A stretch of DNA of 64,000 nucleotides, taken from sequence record MW349128.1, one strand, 5' to 3'. Under the pieces are notes generated by a model. That model was not told where the DNA came from. It saw only the letters and a list, made by a program, of their open reading frames with translations, and did no database searches. Position numbers and translations under genes: made by a program. Positions 61,746-64,000 of this stretch are shown here, in pieces (the first letter of the stretch is position 1; each line of letters begins with the position of its first letter). Source of the stretch: Staphylococcus phage Machias.

Positions 61746-62951
61746 ATGTATATTTCTCAAAAAGTTCAAATAAGATTAAGTAATTCTTCTAAAAAGGAGT
61801 TCGAAAAAAATTTTGGATATAGAAGATGGATTTATAACAAAGGATTAGAAAAATGGAATAAAAGACATGATTATTGTAAAATGCATAACTACTTTGAAAA
61901 GATTAGAGATGATAGTTTAGATAAAGATTCTAAGAAATTTATACGTAAACTTTTACCTAATGAACGTAATATTCGTGAAATAATTCGTCCTTATACAAAA
62001 ACTTCATGGAGAAAATCGAGACCGTCTATGATATTTGAAACAGCTATTGCTGATTTAGGAAAAGCATTTGATAATTTTAGAATTCATAAAATATCTAAAT
62101 ATCCTAAATTTAAATCCAAAAAAGATTTAGTTCAATCATGTAGATATTATAAAAAAACTGAATCAGCCATTAAATTAAATGGTAGAAAACTTAAGCTTCA
62201 AAAATCTCCAGAAGTAACTCTATTAGAAGATATTAAGTTCGATGGAGTTATTAAAGAAGTAACTATATCTAAAGAAATCGATAAATGGTATGCTTCATTT
62301 TGTATAGATATGGGTGATAAAAGACCTAAAAAAGTTCCTCATAAATCAATAGATATATGTGGAGTAGATTTAGGTGTTAGAACATTCGCAACTATATTTG
62401 ATTCAAATGGTGAAATATTTGAAGTATCATCTCAAATAGATGACTTAGAAAAATTATATAATCGTACAAAAGTTTATAATCAAATTATGAAACGTAAAAA
62501 AATTAATTCTAGAAATTACAATGATACGAGAACCAAATATCAACGTACATGGAAAAGAATTAAAAATATTCGTTCTAATATGGTTCATGAACTTACTGCT
62601 TTTCTAGTTAAAAATTATAAATGTATCACTTTAGAAGATTTAAATGTAAGGGAAATGATTTCTAACAAGAATAATTTAACTAAAGGAATTAGAAAGTCAA
62701 TTGCAGAAAGTTGCTTTTATGAGGTTAAAAGACAATTAGAATATAAGCAACACATTTTTAATTCTGAACTAGTTCAAGTTTCTAGATGGTTTCCTTCAAC
62801 ACAATTATGTAGTAATTGTGGAAGAAAAAATAAAATAGGATCCAGGAAACAGTATTCTTGTAGTTGTGGTCATAAAATCGATAGAGATATCAATGCAGCA
62901 ATAAATTTAATGAATGAAGGAAAATATATTTCGGGGCTAGTTAATCCCTAG
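61746..62951 (+). CDS. tnpB: TnpB (IS605-family OrfB) copy 2, free-standing
   Basis: OrfB N-terminal signature; RuvC-I CGVDLG; Zn finger CSNCGRKN...CSCGHKI; RuvC-III DRDINAAINLM. About 30 nt upstream (TATGAAAAAGGGGGTGATATTAAATG) resemble the region upstream of tnpB copy 1. Confidence 0.9.
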   Translation: MYISQKVQIRLSNSSKKEFEKNFGYRRWIYNKGLEKWNKRHDYCKMHNYFEKIRDDSLDKDSKKFIRKLLPNERNIREIIRPYTKTSWRKSRPSMIFETAIADLGKAFDNFRIHKISKYPKFKSKKDLVQSCRYYKKTESAIKLNGRKLKLQKSPEVTLLEDIKFDGVIKEVTISKEIDKWYASFCIDMGDKRPKKVPHKSIDICGVDLGVRTFATIFDSNGEIFEVSSQIDDLEKLYNRTKVYNQIMKRKKINSRNYNDTRTKYQRTWKRIKNIRSNMVHELTAFLVKNYKCITLEDLNVREMISNKNNLTKGIRKSIAESCFYEVKRQLEYKQHIFNSELVQVSRWFPSTQLCSNCGRKNKIGSRKQYSCSCGHKIDRDINAAINLMNEGKYISGLVNP

Positions 62952-63250
62952 ATTTTTATAAAATCGAATGGTTCTCTGATGTGAAGCATTTATAAAGATC
63001 TTCTTATGATTTTTATAAGAATAACTTTATAAATGAATTGATCTAAGCTAATATATCTTAGTACAGAAACCGAAAAATTCAGTTTAAAACTGCTACACAA
63101 TTAACATAGTTGACTGATAATGTCGAGAGATATAATTAATTAATCCAAGTTGTTGTAAGATGTTTTAAATGTTATGAGATTTTGTAACTGGATTCCTGCT
63201 AAACCAGACTATAAAGATTAATAATTATAATATGGAGATGACTTATTAAT
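62952..63250 (+). ncRNA. Non-coding region downstream of tnpB copy 2: candidate right end/omega-RNA, containing a TTGACT-N15-TATAAT promoter-like site
   Basis: 300 nt without an ORF directly 3' of tnpB; ends with ..CCAGACTATAAAG. No group I core motifs. Confidence 0.25.
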
Positions 63251-63529
63251 ATGAATAAAAGAAATCAAAAGAAATTAGAAAAAAGATTAGGGTTAAAACT
63301 TAATGAAAGTCAAAAGAAAGAATTATTATCTAGAAAAGACTTAGAAAGAGTAGACTTTGAATTTGTTACTTTACCTGAAACTGAAGAAGATAAAGAGCAG
63401 AAGTTTGATGTTAAGATTAAATCAGATAGTAATTTCTTATTAAATCTTAAAATTAAATTCTTCAGAAAAGTACTTAATTTAACTATTAAAAGAAAAGAAA
63501 CTAAAGAAGACATTAATGAGAATGAATAA
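63251..63529 (+). CDS. Basic hypothetical protein
   Basis: 92-aa ORF; RBS ATGGAGATG. Confidence 0.55.
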   Translation: MNKRNQKKLEKRLGLKLNESQKKELLSRKDLERVDFEFVTLPETEEDKEQKFDVKIKSDSNFLLNLKIKFFRKVLNLTIKRKETKEDINENE

Positions 63530-63536
63530 TAAAATT

Positions 63537-63578
63537 GCCATAATATACAAATAGGTATATTATGGCTTTTAAATTATT
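63537..63578. terminator. Bidirectional terminator between convergent genes (GCCATAATATAC-N6-GTATATTATGGC)
   Basis: Perfect 12-bp inverted repeat flanked by T-runs on both strands. Confidence 0.65.
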
Positions 63579-63579
63579 T

Positions 63580-63912
63580 TTATTTCTCTAATTCATCCGG
63601 TTTAAATCTATTTTTAAGTCTAGGGTATAAACGAATGTGTGCTTTACGTGTAGGTTCAGTAACTACAATTTGATTAGTTCTTGGATTTCTACGTTTACGC
63701 ATATCTTCAGGTTTAACTTCTAAAACACCGATTTCAGGAATAATAGTTTTAGTTTGATCTGAATCATTAGCTGATTCAACTAAAATATCAATCATTTCTG
63801 AATAAGCATCTACTAATTCTCTTTGAGATAAACCAGTTCGTTTAGACCATTCACGGAAGAAATGTTTTTGATCTTGAATTTGTCTATTCATTTTTAGTTT
63901 CCTTTCTTTCAT
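63580..63912 (-). CDS. HU/IHF-family DNA-binding protein
   Basis: ELVDAYSEMIDILVESA...GVLEVKPEDMRKRRNPRTNQIVVTEPTRKAHIRLYPRLK matches the HU/IHF fold signature (..F.V..R..R.GRNP.T..........F.....L). The only convincing minus-strand gene in the window. Confidence 0.75.
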   Translation of the reverse strand: MKERKLKMNRQIQDQKHFFREWSKRTGLSQRELVDAYSEMIDILVESANDSDQTKTIIPEIGVLEVKPEDMRKRRNPRTNQIVVTEPTRKAHIRLYPRLKNRFKPDELEK

Positions 63913-64000
63913 TTATTTTTAAAAAATTTAGAAAAATTTAATTATTTTCCTAGCTTTTTTCTAAGTTTTATGATATAATATTGTTATGAGTTTTCATTTT

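Overview
Reading by eye only (no tools), this 64-kb window looks like part of a large, very AT-rich virulent phage genome, roughly 25-28% GC and T4-like or jumbo-phage-like. Nearly all genes are on the + strand and tightly packed, each with a strong SD such as ATAGGAGATG-N7-9-ATG. Recognisable products: a large structural (tail-fibre/baseplate-like) protein with a C-terminal coiled coil; a protein with tandem peptidoglycan-binding domains; a retron-type reverse transcriptase; a membrane GT2 glycosyltransferase; a type II topoisomerase ATPase subunit (GyrB / T4 gp39+60-like) and a GyrA/gp52-like subunit carrying an intein; an MBL-fold hydrolase; an SNase-like nuclease; three HNH_3/NUMOD-type homing-endonuclease-like proteins; a UvsX/RecA recombinase; the C-terminal half of a multisubunit RNA polymerase beta subunit; an NAD-dependent DNA ligase; two IS605-family TnpB genes; and an HU/IHF-like protein, the only minus-strand gene. 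The most striking content is a family of at least 11 copies of a ~100-nt element carrying the group I intron P, Q, R and S core sequences with covarying P6 and P8 stems. Several copies are ultra-compact introns of about 174-177 nt, including P1 with its guide sequence, a GNRA-capped P2, P9 and the terminal G. They sit exactly inside universally conserved catalytic motifs of the topoisomerase (DxD TOPRIM motif; N-terminal RSG-MY) and of RNAP beta (GRHG-NKGV), and splicing restores the frame. One copy carries a TnpB gene plus a GC-rich structured 3' region (an IStron-like chimera); another carries a Vsr/EDxHD-like homing endonuclease with zinc ribbons. Three tandem copies appear to be separated by 20-30-nt micro-exons of RNAP beta. 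Separately, a retron-type RT (NAxxH and VTG motifs) is preceded by about 1 kb of non-coding DNA holding four tandem promoter-like repeats, each driving a distinct GC-rich structured RNA. The RT is translationally coupled to a 308-aa unknown protein and the pair is closed by a terminator, so this is a candidate phage-borne RT/ncRNA system. A promoter-motif plus conserved stem-loop cassette (PeSL-like) recurs about 15 times between genes. A hyperplastic region at 33.9-45.8 kb contains many small membrane-protein genes and paralogue families. Coordinates I derived by hand (splice sites, small ORFs) may be off by a few nt.
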